From Pseudomonadota bacterium (GTDB lineage: Bacteria; Bdellovibrionota; Bdellovibrionia; Bdellovibrionales; Bdellovibrionaceae): DNA of 64,000 nt. The notes beneath the pieces are model-generated. The model searched no databases and was not told the DNA's origin. It saw only the letters and a program-made list of their open reading frames with translations. The stretch covers positions 64,001-128,000 of the forward strand of contig JBEGVH010000006.1 of assembly GCA_041178425.1 (NCBI GenBank), written 5' to 3'. The position numbers were made by a program, and so were the translations under genes. This document shows, piece by piece, positions 61,663 to 64,000 of this stretch (the stretch's first letter is position 1; each line of letters opens with the position of its first letter).

Positions 61663-62934
61663 TTAGAGTAACCAAAAGCAAATAGCAGCAATCAAAGTGG
61701 GAAGCAAAGAGCTGTAAAATAGCTGCCAGGAGCTGATTCCCTCTTTGCCAAAGGCACCATTAAGAATACTGTATCCGGCAGGATTAGGGGCGTTGGCAAT
61801 TATAGTAAGGCCACCACCCACTATGCTTCCTGCAACCAATGCATATCGAGAGGAGTGGGATAGGTCGGGAACTTGGGAGCCTAAATAGGTGAGAGCGGCA
61901 TTGTCCGTGATTGCAGTGAGTGAGAGACTACCAAGATACAGAGGCAGAGAATCTAAAGAGCTCAGGACGGGCTCAAGCCACCATCTTTGGGGCGCACCAA
62001 GAATGATCAATCCGCCAAGGAAGAACCCTACAAGTAAGCCCTCCTTTAGATTTAACCTTTCTTGGTACTCTTTGGTCACGGTGACAAGGCCAAGGAAGAA
62101 AAGAAAGAGTCCTAAGAATAAAATGGGGCGATGAGCAGCAGCGACTATTAAAATCAAGAAGAGTAGATGGATGATAGGAACCCAAAGGGGCATCTTCATT
62201 TGCATTTTAATTTGTGATTTAGAAAGACTCAAGAGCTCTCTTCTGTTGATCCAGGTCACAAGACTTGTTGAAATGCAAACTGCTATAATTGCTTTCCAGC
62301 CAAAATTCGAAAACATAAATGCAAGGTCCCAGCTCCAATTGGATGCTACCATGAGTACAGGGGCTGCAGCGTAGGGGGTAAGAGTTCCCCCAATCGAAAT
62401 ATTAACAAAAAGTAAACCGAGGGTAGCGTATTTGAGTTTCATGGAAATTTGTCTTTTATATAATCGATTAAGAAGAGTGAGTGCAGTGACTGTCATCGCG
62501 GCGGGCTCAGTGATGAAGCTTCCAAGGATTGGTCCAACAATGAGTATGATTAGATAAAAAGATAATTCGCCGCTAAAGGGCAATAAGCGACTCAAGCTAT
62601 CGATTATGATTTTTGTTAATTCTAGAATTGGTTCAGTTGAGCATACGGTCATAATTACAAAAATGAGTGCGGGTTCAGTAAAACTTCTCGTTTCGAGATA
62701 GAAAATGGATGTACTGAAGTCTTCAATGATTCCAAAACAAATAAGAAAAATCAGTGCCCAAACTCCAAAAACTACTTCAACTTCTCCAAGAAGGTGGAAA
62801 AAATTTTCCTTTATTGAGCCCGCGGGATATTGGAGTGCTAGATGTCGAAACCATTTTACCGAAAAAGTATGTAAAAGAGCCATGAAAAAACAAATTGTGG
62901 CTGCCAGGGGTACCGGGGTGATCGTTTCAAGCAT
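61663..62934 (-). CDS. putative Na+/H+ antiporter (DUF1504-type)
   Basis: LGEVEVVFG, ITEPAAMT, NISIGG, TDNAALTYL, IANAPNPAG. Confidence 0.85.
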   Translation of the reverse strand: MLETITPVPLAATICFFMALLHTFSVKWFRHLALQYPAGSIKENFFHLLGEVEVVFGVWALIFLICFGIIEDFSTSIFYLETRSFTEPALIFVIMTVCSTEPILELTKIIIDSLSRLLPFSGELSFYLIILIVGPILGSFITEPAAMTVTALTLLNRLYKRQISMKLKYATLGLLFVNISIGGTLTPYAAAPVLMVASNWSWDLAFMFSNFGWKAIIAVCISTSLVTWINRRELLSLSKSQIKMQMKMPLWVPIIHLLFLILIVAAAHRPILFLGLFLFFLGLVTVTKEYQERLNLKEGLLVGFFLGGLIILGAPQRWWLEPVLSSLDSLPLYLGSLSLTAITDNAALTYLGSQVPDLSHSSRYALVAGSIVGGGLTIIANAPNPAGYSILNGAFGKEGISSWQLFYSSLLPTLIAAICFWLL

Positions 62935-62971
62935 CTTGCTGGCCCTCCTCTAAGAGTGGATCAAAAAAGTT

Positions 62972-64000
62972 TTAAACGTATTTTAGGAGTTCTTTTAAGT
63001 TAGCGATCTTCGTTTTAGCATTTGCTGTAACATCAGGGCTCTGAGGGTAGATGGCAAAGGATTGTTCGGAGTGCTTGAAGAGACAAATGTCATTTTCTCC
63101 GTTGCCAACAGAAAGAACTTGGTGATCGTTAGGGGACGTGTTAGCCGCCCTCAAATGGTGAATAAAATTGGCCTTGCAGATTTGATGTTCTTTGCATCCG
63201 TTTTCGAACTGCATAAAGGGTGAGAGCGTAATTTCGCCTGTGGCTTTACCTTTATTAAAATCTAGTAAATGAGCAATAGAAAAATCGGCAAATATTCTAC
63301 GGCGAATGATCTCGGATGCTATAAAGTAAGAGTCGGTGATGATTCCTACTCGATAGCCGCTCTTTCTGAGTTCAATGATTGTCTCCTGAGCATGAGGTTT
63401 GAGCGGAATAGTGCGAGCAATTTTTTCAAAGGTCTGTTTAGGGATTCCTCTCAGTACTTGCGCGATCATTTTGGTTCTATATCGAGAGTCAAGTTGGTGA
63501 TTACCTAGTAGTCCGTTGAGTTCGTGTCGTAAGCCGGTATAATGGGTGATGGCCTCAATAAAACTACCTTCAATGAGTGTGCCATCCATATCGAACAAAA
63601 CAACCGGCTGATTCTCTTCTAGTTCCTGAAGGATAGATCCATATTGAAACTTCTCGAACCGCTCTCGTTCTGAAGAATCTCCAATTGAAAAAGGGTGGAG
63701 TCGACGATATTTTGAGGCCTTTGTAAGAATTGTTCTAACAACTTGGAGAGACATTTTTGAGAGGGCTTCGAGGGGTTGATGATCGTGATCAAGGTAGCCT
63801 ACTTCAATCTCTGTAATGCGAGCGCCCAATTGAGAAACATCAATGAGTAGGCCGATATCGACACCATAATCATTTTCAAATTTTATATTATTTAGAAAAT
63901 CGCGATTGGCCGCAATGATTCCGCCGAGGGGTTGTTCAAAAGCGAGGAGTTCTGGAAAAAAAATCTTTAAAAGTGGCTTTGCTGTAAGTTCGGTAACTCG
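62972..64000 (-). CDS. gpgS: glucosyl-3-phosphoglycerate synthase-like GT2 fused to HAD phosphatase; 5' partial
   Basis: Frame open to the window end: RVTELTAKPLL..FPEL..QPLGG..DYGVDIGLLID..HDHQPL, then FDMDGTL (HAD). Confidence 0.78.
   Translation of the reverse strand, partial: RVTELTAKPLLKIFFPELLAFEQPLGGIIAANRDFLNNIKFENDYGVDIGLLIDVSQLGARITEIEVGYLDHDHQPLEALSKMSLQVVRTILTKASKYRRLHPFSIGDSSERERFEKFQYGSILQELEENQPVVLFDMDGTLIEGSFIEAITHYTGLRHELNGLLGNHQLDSRYRTKMIAQVLRGIPKQTFEKIARTIPLKPHAQETIIELRKSGYRVGIITDSYFIASEIIRRRIFADFSIAHLLDFNKGKATGEITLSPFMQFENGCKEHQICKANFIHHLRAANTSPNDHQVLSVGNGENDICLFKHSEQSFAIYPQSPDVTANAKTKIANLKELLKYV

Overview
A 64-kb bacterial chromosomal window, densely coding, with gene content and promoter motifs suggesting a Bdellovibrionota-type predator (inference; no rRNA is present to confirm). 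Housekeeping and stress genes include sodB, asd, purKE, dus, ttcA, a signal-peptide katG, a bacterioferritin-like gene, slyX and dnaJ-dnaK without an adjacent grpE. Also present are a MoxR/DUF58/transglutaminase operon, secreted hydrolases and a HigBA-type toxin-antitoxin pair. Main leads: (i) a carotenoid operon crtY-crtE-crtI-crtB coupled to an unassigned His/carboxylate-rich membrane protein and a GT2 glycosyltransferase, a candidate new carotenoid-tailoring step; (ii) an overlapping FecR-FN3 / FN3-beta-barrel / Cache-HAMP-class III cyclase operon whose cyclase has lost most catalytic residues; (iii) two adjacent exported proteins sharing a ~55-aa N-terminal 'VTN..FIPTKTTxEW..F.TNKP..VT' module joined to unrelated heads; (iv) a RAYT-type tyrosine transposase with stuttered GGGACG repeats at both ends; (v) an unannotated 24-aa membrane peptide behind a sigma28-like promoter, a 145-bp long-inverted-repeat element, and identical TTGACA-N19-TATAGT promoters before sodB and crtY. 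No tRNA, rRNA or CRISPR array was seen. All family calls come from motifs read by eye, not database searches.
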